This document shows, piece by piece, positions 1 to 13,933 of a stretch of DNA of 49,791 bases. Each line of letters begins with the position of its first letter. Positions within the stretch are counted from its first letter, which is position 1. The notes beneath the pieces were generated by a model. It saw nothing but the letters and a program-made list of their open reading frames with translations. It was not told the DNA's origin and did not search any database. Source of the DNA: Streblomastix strix (Eukaryota); the NCBI GenBank assembly GCA_008636045.1, contig SNRW01000008.1, positions 1 through 49,791 on the forward strand, given 5' to 3'. The position numbers and the translations under genes were made by a program.

Positions 1-2
1 AA

Positions 3-3000
3 AACAGGAGATTAGAAGAAGAAAGGAAAAGATAAGAAGATGAAACTAAGAAATAAGAAGAAGAGAAGAAGAGATAATTAGAAGAAATGAGAAGATTGGA
101 ACTGGAACGAATAAAGAAGGAAATCGAACTGAAGATGCTGGAGGATGAACGTGCTAGGAAAGAGAACGAAAGATAGAAGCTTGAGTAGCTGAGGAAGAAA
201 TAATAAGAAGATATGCGAAGATTGGAAATGGATAAAATGAAGAAAGAAGAAGAAATACGAAGAATTGAATAGGAAAGACTCCAGAAAGAGCTTGAAAGGA
301 AACAATAGGAAGAAAATAGAATGAAATATAAAACAGAAACTAAGAAATAAGAAGAAGAGAGAATCAAGAAAGAATATGAAATAAGGATGTTGGAAGAGGA
401 TCGTGTTCGAAAAGAAGATGAAAGACAGAAACTTGAATAAGAGAGATGTAAACAGGAAGCTGAGATGAGAAGATTAGACTTGGAAAAAGTCAAAAAAGAA
501 GAAGAAATTAGAAAATTAGAGGAAGAAAGAATTCTGAAAGAGAAAGAAGTTCAATAGCAAGAATCAGAAAAGAAAAATTATGATATTTAAATGAGAAGTT
601 ATCAAGAAAAGGTTAGAAAAGAGATAGAAATAAGGATAATTGAAGAATAAAGGATTCAAGAATAAGAAGAAAGGAAGAAGAGGGAATCGGAAAGAAAGAA
701 TTAAGAAGAAGACATGCGAAGATTGGAAACAGAGAAGATTAAGAAAGAATATTAAATAAAGATGCTAGAAGAAGAAAGAATCAGAAGGGAAAAAGAAGGG
801 AAGGAATAAGAATCGGATAAACTAAAGCAACAAGAAGAAATGAAAAGATTGGATCAAGAGAAGATTATGATTGAAGAAGAGATTAGAAGATTAGAAGAGG
901 ATCGTGTTCGTAAGGAAGAAGAAAGAAAGAAGCTTGAAGAAGATCAAAGGAAATTAGATTCAGATAAATAGAAATAAGAATAAGAAAGAATTAAGAAAGA
1001 GTTCCTAATCAAGATGCTTGAAGAAGAGCGAATTAGAAAAGAAGGAGATAAATAGAAGTAGGATGCAGATAAAAGGAAATATGAGGAAGAGAAAAGGAAA
1101 TTAGAATTAGAGAGGATGAAAAAAGAAGAAGAAATCAAAAGATTAGAGGAAGAAAGACTACAGAAGGAAGAAGAAAGGAAAAGACAAGAAGAATAAAGAA
1201 AGAAAATTGAAATTGAATTGAAAAGATAAGAGCAGAGGATTAAAATGGAGAAGGATATTAAGAAACTAGAAGAAGAACGTGTTCGTAAAGAATAAGAGAA
1301 AATAAAAGAAGAATAATTGAGAATTCAATAAGAAGATGAAGTAAAAAGATTAGAATAAGAAAGAAAGAAGAAAGAAGAAGAATTAAGAAGAATGGCTGAA
1401 GAAAAGATTAGAAAAGAAGCTGAAACAAAATAATAAGAATCAGATCGTAAATAGTATGAGAGAGAAACTAAGAAATAAGAAGAGGATCGGATAAAGATTG
1501 AGCTTGAAATATAGAAATTAGATGAATAACGTGTAAGAAAAGATCAAGAAATGAAACAACAAGAAAATGAAAGAAAGAAACAACTTGATGAAATGAAAAA
1601 ATTGGAACTTGAAAGGATAAAGAAAGATGAAGAAATTAGAATATTAGAACAAAGTCGTATTCAAAAAGAATTAGAGCTTAAGAGACAGGAATCAGATAGG
1701 AATAAATAGAAGACTGAAACAAAGAAATAAGAAGAAGAAAGGGTTAAAAAAGAGCTTGAATTAAAGAAATTGGATGAAGAGTTAGTTAAGAAAGGTGAAG
1801 AAAGGAAGAAGTAGGAATAATAAAAGAAGAAATAAGAGCTAGAATTGAGGAGGTTGGAAACAGAAAGAGTATAAAAAGAGACTGAAATTAAAATATTAGA
1901 AGAAAAACGTATAATTAAAGAGAGAGAAAGAAAGATACAAGAAACAGCTCGTAAGAGATATGAAGATGAAACGAAGTAATAATAAGAAGAAAGAATGAGA
2001 AAAGAGCTTGAAATACAACAATTGGAAGAAGATCGCATTCGAAAAGAAGAAGGAAGGAAGTAATAAGAATAAGAAAGAAAAAGAAGAGAAGATGAATTGA
2101 GGAAGATTGAAACTGAGAAGTTTTATAAAGAGACTGAAATTAAAAGGTTGGAACAAGAACGTATGCGAAGGTAAGAAGAGAGCAGAAAATAAGACTCGGA
2201 TAGACGGAAATATAATAATGAGACAAAGAAATAAGAAGAAGAAAGAATTAAGAAAGAAATGGAGTTGAAGTAATTAGAAGATGAACACGCTAGAAAGGAG
2301 GCAGAAAGGAAATAATTTGAATTAAATAAATTATAGTATCAGGAAGAAATGAAAAGGCTTGAAGCTGAAAGGAAAAGAATTGAAGACGAAATTAAAAAGA
2401 TGGAATTAGATAGAATTCGAAGAGAATAAGAAAATAGAGTTCAAGATTCAGATCGCAGAAAATATGAAGAAGAAACAAAGAGGTTAGAAAAAGAAAAGAT
2501 GAAAAAAGATGTTGAAATTAAAATGCTGGAAGAAGATCGTAAACAAAAAGAAAGAGAAAAGAGGAACAAAGAAAGAATGAGTAATAGTTCAGATGGAATG
2601 TAGATTATGTAAGATGGATCTTTTGGGGAAAACAATGAAAGGAAGTTTAATATGGAAATGTAATAAAATTCGGATAGTGAGGATGGTTCATATATGCAGT
2701 AAACGAGATAAACGAGATTACAATTTAGTCAAGAGAAAGTAACAAAGATTTCATCATGGAATGATGTTGCAATCAAAAGTGCCAGATCAAGAAGGGATGA
2801 GTTATCGTCACAAAGAGGAAATAAACCGGAAGATTAAGAGTATCAAAGGGGTGTAATAAAAGTAGATATCAAATCTATTCATAATTTGCCAGAAGATTGT
2901 GTGAAGAAGAACAAAGATATCTTTGTTCAAGTGTAACTTGGAGCATAGGAGAAGAATACCAGAACTTTGAAAGCTGGATCAAATATTGATGTCAATGAAG

Positions 3001-3379
3001 AGTTTGAAATTGAATTTGATCCATCAGAAGAACAAGAAAGAGAATTGTTTGTTGAAGTATTTATTAAGAAAGATGATTAAGAAGATGCTGAATTTGTTGC
3101 GGGTGTTGCAATTGAGGTTTGTTTATGTATTAAATAAGAATTTTTGTAAAAAAATATATATATTCGTTTAACAATAATTAAATTTATGTTTTTTTTTAAT
3201 TTTTGACAACTTTTCATTCTTTATTCCTAATAATTTTTATTCCTTATTATTATTAGTTCATTGATTTCCTCAAAACTCCTCAACAAGTTGATCTTCAATT
3301 GGTTGGAGATTTAGATGAAGAGTTCGATGAATTTTCAGGCGAAATTTCATTAGACATTGTTTATTTACCTGAAAATTGA
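3..3379 (+). CDS. Long E/K/R/Q-rich coiled-coil protein with C-terminal C2-like domain (5'-partial; intron 3117-3256)
   Basis: Frame 3 reads NRRLEEERKRQEDETKKQEEE... with TAA/TAG=Gln and is in frame with GVIKVDIKSIHNL...DIFVQVQLG...TRTLK...NEEFEIEF. GTTTGT...TATTAG intron; last exon ends GEISLDIVYLPEN-TGA. Confidence 0.85.
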
Positions 3380-3824
3380 AGTTCAAAGATCTAGAACAAG
3401 AAAAGTGAATAGTTATAAGATTAGCAACTTCTATTTTTTTTATTGTTATTTTATTTTCAATTAATTAATTTCTTATTTATAATTCATTTAATGAAATCTT
3501 TAATTGATTTAATTTACAACAAATTCGTAATTATTTGACTAGTATTTCTTTTAGGAAGCATTCAAGTAAATTATAAAATAGAATAGATTTTATCTGAAAT
3601 ATAACTAATATTTTATTTTTTATCTAATATATAAAAAGAACTTAATGTGTTGGTGGAATTAATTAGCGTGAAGAAATAAATTTGCTTTAGGATCTGTATA
3701 ATCTAATTAATTGTTTCATTCATTTATAAGCCCAATATATAATTTAATTAACAACTGTGAGTATTTCTGAGTATGGATGGTTCAAATAGAAAATATATTT
3801 ACTCAAAGGATACATGAAATTTAT

Positions 3825-6800
3825 CAGGTGTTTATTTAAGGAAAAATGATGGTCTGCTTTTGAAAAAGTTGTTCTGTTCTTTATATTTTACTTTAAATAA
3901 AAAATTCAATATAATATTTTATTTATTAATTTATATTTATTCAAAACTATTAAAATTGAAAAGAATCAAGTATATAATCTGGAACTTCAAACTATGAATC
4001 TTTATTAATCAATTACTGTCTCTGACTGTAATTGATATTTCTTCTTTCTTTTTTCTTTATCCATATAGCTACAATTACTTTTGCATCATCTTCCGAAAGT
4101 TAAATCTAACCGTCTATTTTAATATTCATCAAAAAACTTAGCATTCTTTTAGTCAACTTGCTTCTTAAGTCAGTTTTTATTACATTCTTTTGAGAAAATC
4201 CTCTTTTTGCATATGCTGATGACATGAGAACTGTCAATGCCACCTAAACAAGCATGTGTATCATTGGGTATTATATGAAAGATTGAGAACAAATCAGTCT
4301 TCTTTGCACATCTCTTGTAGTACATCCAATGAAATTTTCATTTAGCTATTATCTGAAATCTTTCCAGTTTGTTAATATTTCAATCTCTGCTTCTTCGCAG
4401 GATTTTTTACCACTTAGCTTCCAAAACCAATTATTTAATATCTTTATATCTGAATTTCCATATTCTGAATTATCATCAATTTTCACAGTATCTGCAATAT
4501 TATCAAAAATTTTAATGCAAGACATGATGTCATTATCTTTAAATCTCTTCTCAACTGCTTTTAGTGAGGCATCCACATATTTGCATGATAATTCATCCAT
4601 TTCACTCATCTTCTTCTCATTCAATTCTCCTAATCCTTCTGAATATTCTTCAAGAAATGTTTAGTTTCTTGTCCAACTCTCTATAAGTAGCTAAGATTAG
4701 ATTTTCTTCTCCTTAATTTTTTCCATTCTTTTTTTGAATTCGCTGTGACTTGGCTTTAATTAATCGTAGCATAGATTACTTTCTTGAAATGTTTCAAGTA
4801 TGATTTTTTGCTGGAAAAGTACAAGTTCATGTACGAATAACGATGATATGAACGAGAATTTTGCTGTCACGTTTAACAATCTTTCTGCAATATCTTCAAA
4901 ATTCTCTTCAGATATTTTCTTTAGACATTTCCAAATACTTGATAACTCTATGATTGATGCATCAACTGATTATGAAAATAAAAGCAATCGAACTTTGAAT
5001 GCAGCAACCAATTTTTTTGTTTTATCATGTTTTTCGTATGAATTGATGCAATTTGAACTGCGTCTAGTGGTGACTTAGTAAAATATTGATGCAGTTATAA
5101 TAGTTTCCTTTCACTTTTTAAACGATGAAAATATATGCTAGTTTGATTTCATCTTAATTAGAAAGTGATAAACGATAAGCAAGACAATATTCTATGATTA
5201 ATGAGATCAACTCTTGTTTGAGAAGCGTTGCTATACCATGTTTTACGCCCATCACAGCAGCGGCTCCATCGCAACTAAACCCGCATTATTTTAATAAATC
5301 TAACTTTTTTTCTTTAGCCTTTGATTTAAATTTATCTAAAAAGGTCTATATATTTCCTCCTTTCTCCCCGAGCAATCTAATATCCATGAATTTATTTCGA
5401 ATAACCCCATTTGAATCAACATATCTTACAAAAGTAATGAATTGATTCAATGTAGATATGAATGTATTTTCATCACAACATGCAGACCACAATCCAGCTT
5501 CATGCATATATAAGATTATCTAAGATGTAAAATAATTAGATAATACCTGGGAGAATTCTGTCTTCGGTGTTGAAGAAGCATGATGAAAGTCTTGAAAGAA
5601 TTTATGACCTCCAAAACTTATTATCATATATTAATGTAATTTAATATTGTCATTTGCAATAGCAAATTTTGCAGCATAGTAAATTATTTTTAATTACCAT
5701 TCAGCAGCTAACCTCATTTGATCATCGTTCATATCAACAATTCATAGTACTTCATCTATTTTCATAGATTCTTCAGCTTTTTTTTTCTCGTGAATTATTG
5801 AATTAGTCAAATGTTATCTAAGATCTGCTTATAAACGTGGAAACGATTCTTCAGTCATGTAGGGCGCCTTTTCGTGATATTTACATTCAAGATGTTTCTT
5901 ACATATTTTGCAAAAACAACCTCTGTTTGGACCGAGTTCGAATTAAGTTTTGGGTTCAGGATCATTCAACCAACTTTCGTTAAATTGCTTCTTTTATTGT
6001 TTTATTTTTTCAGATTCATGAATTTGGTATGGTCACTTTATTCCAATTATAATTCCATCTTCAATCAGCTACCGCTTTATTGTTATCATTTCTGTATATT
6101 AACAAAATATAGTAAAAGCAATTAAAAAATAAATATTTTTAACAGATTATTCACACCATTATCCTCATTTTATGATTAATTTTTGTCCAATTCGCTTTAA
6201 CTAAATAATTTTTTTATTCATATTTATAATTTTTAATATGTTTAAATTGGCTATAATTCAGAATAATAATAATTAAATAAAAAATTGATAGTTTAAAAGG
6301 ATAATTTTATTTTCTTACCTTGGAGTTTTTATTTATCAGTAGAAATATTATTAGTTTCTCAATATTTGATCTCCGTCATGCTTTTGGATTGATTCTTCTA
6401 ATATATTCAATTTCCTCTTATTTTCAATCTGTATTAATTGTTAAGCAACATCAATTTCAGAAATTTCTAATTTAATTAGAAAGAATAGAAAAATTATAAA
6501 TGAAATTAAACATTTTATATTTTTTATAACTAAAAACTAAATTAAAGTTTTGAAATAAATTCTATTTATTCCTTAGTTAATAGCTTTTAAAAATTAAGAA
6601 TTTATACAGTTCTTAGTAAATTTGAATAAATTAATGATTAAAATTTATAAATTAATATCAATTATAATGAATTTAATCAAATATCAATAATTTGTTTCTA
6701 AATTTTCTTTTAACTTTGATCACTACTCGTTGATCTTGAATTTTTCCAGTTTCTGTTCCATGAATTTGAAATTTATGCAAAATTTGAATAATTAATTTGT

Positions 6801-7573
6801 TAATAAACTAAAGGAATAACTCCCATACATTAATTTTAGTCTTTGCTTGTTGTATCGTAAAGTTTCAACTTATTTTCTGAAATATTGAACAATCATTTTT
6901 CAATTTCTGTAGGTAATTTGAATTAATTAAAATATTACATTAAATTTTATACATACATGCGACCTAAATATCATTTTGTAACACAGTCAACAAATTATTT
7001 TACCAGGAAATTAATTATCTTTCGTTGGACTCATTCTCATTTTCCATAACGTCGGCTTATAATAAACATTTGAAAATTTAATTATATATTAATTAAATAA
7101 ATGTAATAAATACTACTTTGTTAGATAGACATAGGGCATTAATAATTCAAAAAATGAGTGAATTTAAAAAATAAAAAATAAAATAATTTATTTTAATATA
7201 TTTATTTAATAAAAATATTTTAAATTTCAATTAATAAATTAATATATAAAAATAAGTTTTATTAATATTTTTTAAAAAGAAAATTGTAAATTAAAAAATC
7301 AAAAAAATATCAGATAACTTTCTCGTTTAAGTTGTAAAATTTTAATTTTTTTAATATATTAATTATTGTTCATTATGATATTAGTTCAAATCTAATAAAA
7401 GTAAATTATAATATTATATATTCATAATATTAATATATATAAAATTTAAAAAAATATATAATGTTTATTTTATATCCTAAAAATATGATCTGCTTTTGAC
7501 AAAAGATGGTCTACTATTTGATCAAAAGTTGGTCTGCAAATGGAGACCAACTGATGCTTAAAAAGAACCCCTG
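3825..7573 (-). mobile_element. hAT-superfamily DNA transposon, degenerate
   Basis: Imperfect TIRs CAGGTGTTTATTTAAG / rc CAGGGGTTCTTTTTAAG; flanks AAATTTAT (3817-3824) and AAATTTAC (7574-7581) = 8-bp TSD (7/8); subterminal G(A/T)TGGTCTGC-like repeats; internal transposase. Confidence 0.85.
3987..6090 (-). pseudogene. hAT transposase (ZNF862/DUF4371-like with TTF-type Zn finger and hATC dimerisation region)
   Basis: FNESWLND...CFCKIC...H; WSACCDENT; GFSCDGAAAVMG; YCLAYRL; C-terminal SSAYAKRGFSQKNVIKTDLRSKL. In-frame TGA present; possible upstream exons to ~6470. Confidence 0.85.
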
Positions 7574-7794
7574 AAATTTACAATTTGTCCTTATCTCTTC
7601 ATTTTTATCTTATTTTTGTTTCTTTCTTTCATTTACTTGCACATTATCGTTGATAATCTTGAAATAAACAAAGTTTTCAAAAAATTAATAAATAAAATAT
7701 TAACTGATTATATATTTTTATAATTTAATTTATTAAATAAAAAAAATAAAATAATTAAATGTATTTTTAGTATTATTGAAGAAGTCAAAACCTG

Positions 7795-8103
7795 TGGTAA
7801 AGTCAAAACTTCACTTTTTGATATCTATATTTTTTAAATTTATATCAATATTAATATATATTTTGAAGTCTATTTATGATATATATTTTTGTTTCGTTTT
7901 AAAAGATATTACTTGGTTTTCAATCCAATTTGTTCCTAAAAATTTAGTAATAATTTGAAATTTTTATTTTCTTAGATATTATGAGTAATATTGCATAGTA
8001 CTAATTAGTATGCTGCATTTTAAATTAAATATTAAAATTTATTTCAAATTCATGAAAATATTAATTTTTTGAATCATTAAATAGTATGAGTTTGACTTTA
8101 CCA
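7795..8103. mobile_element. Possible MITE
   Basis: TGGTAAAGTCAAAACT (7795-7810) is inverted with AGTTTGACTTTACCA (8089-8103) around an AT-rich interior; no TSD found. Confidence 0.4.
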
Positions 8104-8126
8104 GCAACTCCATTAAAATTCTCTTT

Positions 8127-9250
8127 CCGATCAAACCTAAACTATTTTTGAAAAATAAAACTTTTGTGCATGCTGCCTTTTATCTGACAAATAATTAGCG
8201 TAAAAAACGATGTAAAATTCTAACCGAGAAAATTCAATGGTTGATTTTAGCATAAAAATTAGCCCACCGATCACCTCTCAACTATTTTTGAAAAATAAAA
8301 TAGTGACAGAAATTGCCTTTTTTATTTTTTATTTTTTTTAACAAGTTAATAAATAACCTTCTCTGATAAATAAATAATTGATAAAGAATCAGCTGGAGAT
8401 AAGATGAACCGAATTAAATGTTAAAAATATTATTAAAATTATGAACCAATTATAAATTGCGCCAGATACTTAATTAATGAGGAATCATTAATTGTATGGG
8501 ATTCAAAGTTAGATAGAGAAGTTAACCCTTAACCAAAGAAAAGCAGAAGTGGTAGACTCACAGGTAGATAAATTAAGTTGAACAACATTAAAGAAAAACG
8601 TTGTGACCTATCTTTTTTTATACTGCAGCTAAATATTTTATACCTAACGATGGCATCAATTATAATAAAATATGCCATTTAGATAGTGATATCGGGAATG
8701 ATTCATTTGATAATTTATTATGAATAGATTAATTTGATTATAATAGATACAACACAATCAAGTACTATCAAATAAAAACTAAAGATGAGAAGAAAGATAA
8801 AAATTTAACTGATATATTTATGTATAAGAATAGATTATTTGACAATTATGAAGTAGATTAAGCATAAAATGCGTGGTTTAATAATCATGATAATGATCTA
8901 TATATGTAGCTAAAATTAATGATAATAGTAAAATCTACTTCTATATTAACGTATATAAAAATAATAAGGTTGAATTTAAAATGTACTTTGAAACATTAAT
9001 TAATGAATTAAAGAATTGAAATTATTATTTTTAATAAATATTCATTCCATCTAAGAAATTTAAGTTTTCATATAAAGAGAAATATATATGGGTTAAAATT
9101 AGATACTTAAATTGATGTAAATTAACCTACCGATCAACTTTCAAATAATTCTGAAAAATAAAACAGAGGTGCAATCAGCCTTTTCACTGACCGAGAATTT
9201 AACTAAAAAATAAATAGTGGTGCAAGCTGCCTTCTCTTTGACCTGAAATT
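8127..9250 (+). repeat. Dispersed ~55-60 bp direct repeats (CCGATCA...TGAAAAATAAAA...GCCTT)
   Basis: Copies at ~8127, ~8267, ~9130 and a partial copy at ~9205; each pair lies upstream of an ORF. Confidence 0.7.
8404..9019 (+). pseudogene. NUMOD4/HNH_3-like endonuclease remnant
   Basis: YEPIINCARYLINEESLIVWDSK, then after a frameshift AKYFIPND...KICHLDSDIGNDSFDNLL* resembling the HNH_3 FIPN..H.D....N...NL.W pattern. Confidence 0.6.
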
Positions 9251-9368
9251 AATCATTATTATTTTCTGACATAATTAATGAGTCAGCTGAATTTCAGCTG
9301 ACCCCCACACTATTACTCTGAAGTATAATTACTTCAAAAAATTAATACACTTTTTTTATCATGTATAA

Positions 9369-9650
9369 ATGGAAATCAACTTCGGTGAAATCAACTTCGA
9401 TGAAATTAACTGAGTTATATAAATCTAACGAATGGATTAAATCCTATAATTTCATCAAATAAAAATACTAAGGTGAAAATTCAAAAGACTAATTATACGA
9501 GCAAAATGATAGATGTTCTAAAGGTTTACGCGGGTGATATGTTAATCCTAACTTAGTAATACCCATCGCAATTAAGTTATCCATCGATCGTGCTCTCAAT
9601 ATTGTTCAATTGAAGTATTAAATTTATCTAGCCATATTGTTGAATTTGTA
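9369..9650 (+). pseudogene. KilA-N domain remnant
   Basis: KGLRG*YVNPNLVIPIAIKLSIDRALNI resembles the KilA-N G.YVHP.L...IA.W.S...A motif. Confidence 0.6.
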
Positions 9651-9699
9651 AATTTAAATTAATTACCGATAAATAAAATTTGATTTATTTTTGTTCATA

Positions 9700-10520
9700 A
9701 ATGGAATTGTTCATTGCGGATAAAGTTTATCTGTTAATTAATAAATTATTTATTAAATAAATTATTAATAATATTAATTATCAGTTTAATAAACACTTTA
9801 ATTTGAATGATTAATATAAAGGTAAATCTATTGAGTAATCGTATAAATTATACGTAGAAGAATATAATACTAAAAATATATAGAAGAAAAATAAAAATTG
9901 CTTGAGGTTAGCCGACTTCATTAATATTATCTTAATGAAAAAATTAAGAATTATAAATTGAAGCCACAAGTGACATATTAGCGTCCTTACTTTTCTCCTC
10001 AATTAGGATCATTGGAGATGGATATAGCTTTTTTAAAACAGTTATTTTTTTTATTTTATTATCAACGTTAATACAAAGTATCAAATTATATATCCTATTC
10101 GTATAAATGAAAAATAATCACTAATCCCGGACCTAGAGTAGCTAATATAATCTTAATATGTGACAATTATTAGATCAGATTGCGAAGCAGCATTAGGAAG
10201 TAAATAAATTAGGGCTCTATTAACTAAATATAATATATAATATTTTTAAAACAAATCCCTATTCACGAATAAAAATAGAGTGGTAGATAGTGTGATAAGA
10301 AATATGAGAAATAAATTAATAAATTATCAAGTAAATAATCAAATTCTATAATAAGTAACTGATGAGTTCAGTAATACAAAATACAGTGCTTTTAGCAATA
10401 AATATACACCTTTATAAGTAAATGAATCACGTGATTTAGAAGGTAGCTACATACGCCAATAGTAATAAGAAGTAGAAGGTAAAATTAATTTATAAAGAAA
10501 AGATTAGTTAGTAAATATAA
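9700..10520 (+). pseudogene. RVE integrase remnant (Polinton type)
   Basis: RPYFSPQLGSLEMDI, INVNTKY, IRSDCE, RVVDSVIRNMR, SAFSNKYTP; collinear with the integrase at 26303-27506. Confidence 0.8.
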
Positions 10521-11039
10521 ATATGTATTAAATATAATAAAAAATTTAATTTTTTTTAATTAAAAATTTTTAATAAATTTAATTTAAAAAATTTTTTATT
10601 TAAATTTTTATTATTTAAATTGTTTTTTAAAAAAAACTTTAAGTTATTTCATTATTTATTATTGTGATTTAAATTAATAAATAATATAAATCTTTAAAAA
10701 ATTTTTGTTAGAAATATTCAGTTACGGAACTCGTACAATCGTTAAAGCTAAAAAGCATGCTACCATCGGAACTGATCCAATGTACCAACTAAAATTAAGA
10801 GTAGACCTAAGAAATATTATACTATTGAAGAAGCTAAATAGCGAGCTAATGAATGGAGATTGTACTTCAAATATCGTTATAGAGACAAGGTTAAGTAATT
10901 TAAGAAAGATGTAACAACGAAATAATTAGATATATCCAAAATACTTAATAAATATATATTTTAATAAGAGGACATTAATAATATTATGATTATACTCGAA
11001 AATTATATAAATAGGCTTTAATATTTATCTTAAAATTGA

Positions 11040-12252
11040 TTTAATTTCTTTTTCATAAATATTTTTGGTCTTTTAATGTAATATTTATTTTATTGGTTGA
11101 TATATAATTTTTCTTTTTCTGAAGCATATTTAACATTGATCATTTATCTAATTTTATTTTTGCTTATCGAAGTATAATTTATCATCCGTTAGTGCACCAT
11201 TAAAATTTTCTTTCCGGAAAGTACTATTAGTTAAAATAAGCGTTAATTGGTTATTGACCCCAGCCAGTCGCACCAACTAGATATTTAAATCCCTTATTTG
11301 CCTCAGCAATTTGTTCTGAAATTTCTTTACTGATTTTATCTTTGAATTGCCCTTATTACATTTGATCTTACATATATTGACTCGTTTATTGATTTTTTGA
11401 TGAGTCAACCAGTCTATTAATCATTTTATTAATAATATCGTTAACTTATTAAGTTGGCTATTAATCGTCAATTCTCTCTCATTATTCTCCATCAGTATAT
11501 TAAAGTATTTACGCAGCTTGTTATAAGGCTTCATAGCTCAGCTATTTAAATTCCATATCAGGCAAAATAGGTAATTCTGTACGACCAATACGATTAATAG
11601 CTTCATCTAATCTCTCATTAATATAAAAATATTATATTTTCTCTATTCTATTTAATATTATTTTTGGAGGTAATGCTAACTCAATATCGCTGAATCTGAG
11701 ATCTTTCACACTTTCATTTCATTCTATTTATTTCTAAATTTTATTCTATACTTCACGAATCATTAATTAATTTATTTCTTATTATTCTTATTGCGCTTAT
11801 TTTAACTCATCATTTTACACTATTTTTTTTATAAAATGCGGGTCGTTAATTATAATTCGCAAAATATGGCCATAAATAGTTCTTATAAGTTCAGCTTAGG
11901 TTGACCTATAAATTAAATTTTGAATAGCTCTAAGTCCTTCTTAATTTATTTTTTCTTTAATTTTAAGATCTACTGCAATAAATTAATTCATTAGCTCTTA
12001 ATACTTCGTATCATTACTTATTTTTTTCAGGAGATGTAATTTTATCTGGGAGTTTCTAAAATAATTGTAATAATTTTCGAACTTATTTAGCACCTTGTTC
12101 GGTAAATTAATTTTATGCTGTTGAAACCATTTTTAATTAAATTACATTACCAATTATACATCATAATCTTTTCGTCTTTTAGAACTGATAGTTGAAGAAG
12201 ATGAAGATGCATCGATTTCTTTACTTTTATTCTTATTACTTTGTTTGCTCAT
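11040..12252 (-). pseudogene. Hypothetical protein, degenerate
   Basis: MSKQSNKNKSKEIDASSSSTISS... long coding-like stretch under TAR=Gln; no family recognised; 3' end approximate. Confidence 0.35.
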
Positions 12253-13359
12253 ATTTATTTATCATATAAAATTATACCATTAGAAGTTTAAGAATTTATG
12301 GTTTATAGTTAATTTCTTTCGTTACTCGACTGTTAAGCGTCTAAATAGGACCCTGAGATTGAATTGCGATTCTTACTCTGAAAATTTAACAGGAGAATGA
12401 GGATGGAATAATTAAAAAAAATAATTGAAATAACTAAAGAAGATAGCTAATAGGCAACTTTGAATTTGTTACCAGAATTAAACAACAAAAATAAATGAAG
12501 TTAATTCAAACACTGATTTTTATGATAATTGCCAGTTATAGAAAAGGCAAGATGCACAAACGTTTTATTTTTAAAAAATATTAAGGGATTGGTCGATAAG
12601 TTAATTATAGCGATAAAGTCAGGATCTAATTTTTGGAGGTCAATTTTTACACTAATTATTTCATTGGTACTATATTTCTAATAACAAATTATTATACATA
12701 CCCATATGTTATACAATTATTTATCTATTATAATTATCATGTAATTTATATGCCACTTCTTTATTCTACACAATAACGTTAGTATAAAATAGCATATTTT
12801 ATCTTCATATTACTGGCGCATCAATTGAATTCTATTTGAATACTATATTATTAAACGAATTATTATCCTACACTTCCATCACTAGCCCCTTCTATTAATT
12901 ATTTACTGTTATAATTAACATTTATGGATACTCGATAAAATTACTGATGAAAGAGCAAAATATATTGGTAATGTTTAATGATAATCTTAGCATAAATATT
13001 TCATTTTATAATACCACGTTTCTAAGTGCAATAATTTTATATAATTTTCATTGTTTTCGTATATTTCACTACTATTTGGCAATTATATATGTAAATTATT
13101 ACTAAGTTCTATTTTTTCTAATTTATTTGGTAGTTCAAACTTATCCCAATATAATTATTCTAATATTTCCGGTACAAATTCTCTGTAATCATTAAGGCTT
13201 TGTAAATAGGCATAAATATAGTCCCACTCATTAGCTGATAGAGCAAGTAGGGAAAATATAATTCTAACTGGATATGTATTAATTTTGTTTGATATTAATT
13301 ATAAATTTGACCCTAATACATTAATTGGCTATGTTATAGCTCGTAATATAGAATCTCCG

Positions 13360-13933
13360 AGAAAGGTGTTCTGGTATCGTTTATGGCAGGATTTATTAAT
13401 GGAAGATTTGAGTGGTTTAGTAGTGAAAAAGGTGAGAAAGTTACAAGAAAAAATTAATTAATATGTGGAAATATGGTGTTAAAATTTGTGTTTATGAATT
13501 GGCAATTAGGTGAGCCGTCAGGCTGTGAGCCTCGAGGGGGTATGAGTCGTTAGGAAATGATTTTTGAAATGTGACCCCCTGGTGTATAAGTTATGCATTC
13601 TAAAAATCAAAAAGGGATAAGATTGATAAATTTAAAAGTTTGGGATTTTGCATTGATTTGGAGTTAATTTGAGTTATTGTAGGTAATTTATTGACAAATT
13701 TACATATAACTCCGCCAGAACTCCCTTCTCTCTAAAATACGGTGTTTATATTGGAAATTTGAGATAGAAGTTAGTCTTGTGATAGATTTGATGAGATTTA
13801 CACCTCGAGACTTGAGGTGATTGACAGTGGGTAAAATATAATAAAATACCGTATAAGCCGCCACGCCTCGAGCCTCAAGGGGTCTTGAGTCGGTCTAAAA
13901 AAAATATTTTGTAATCTGTCCCCTTTTTCATTT
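13360..13933 (+). repeat. Left terminal inverted repeat
   Basis: Reverse complement of 38441-39013, e.g. GGCAGGATTTATTAATGGAAGATTTGAGTGG; outer half nearly identical, inner half more diverged. Confidence 0.95.

Noticed and set aside
78..2635. Minus-strand F/S/L-rich ORFs in the track
   Set aside because: Antisense shadows of the purine-rich coiled-coil gene.
8127..9250. CRISPR-like array
   Set aside because: Few, diverged, irregularly spaced repeats in a eukaryotic context with no cas genes.
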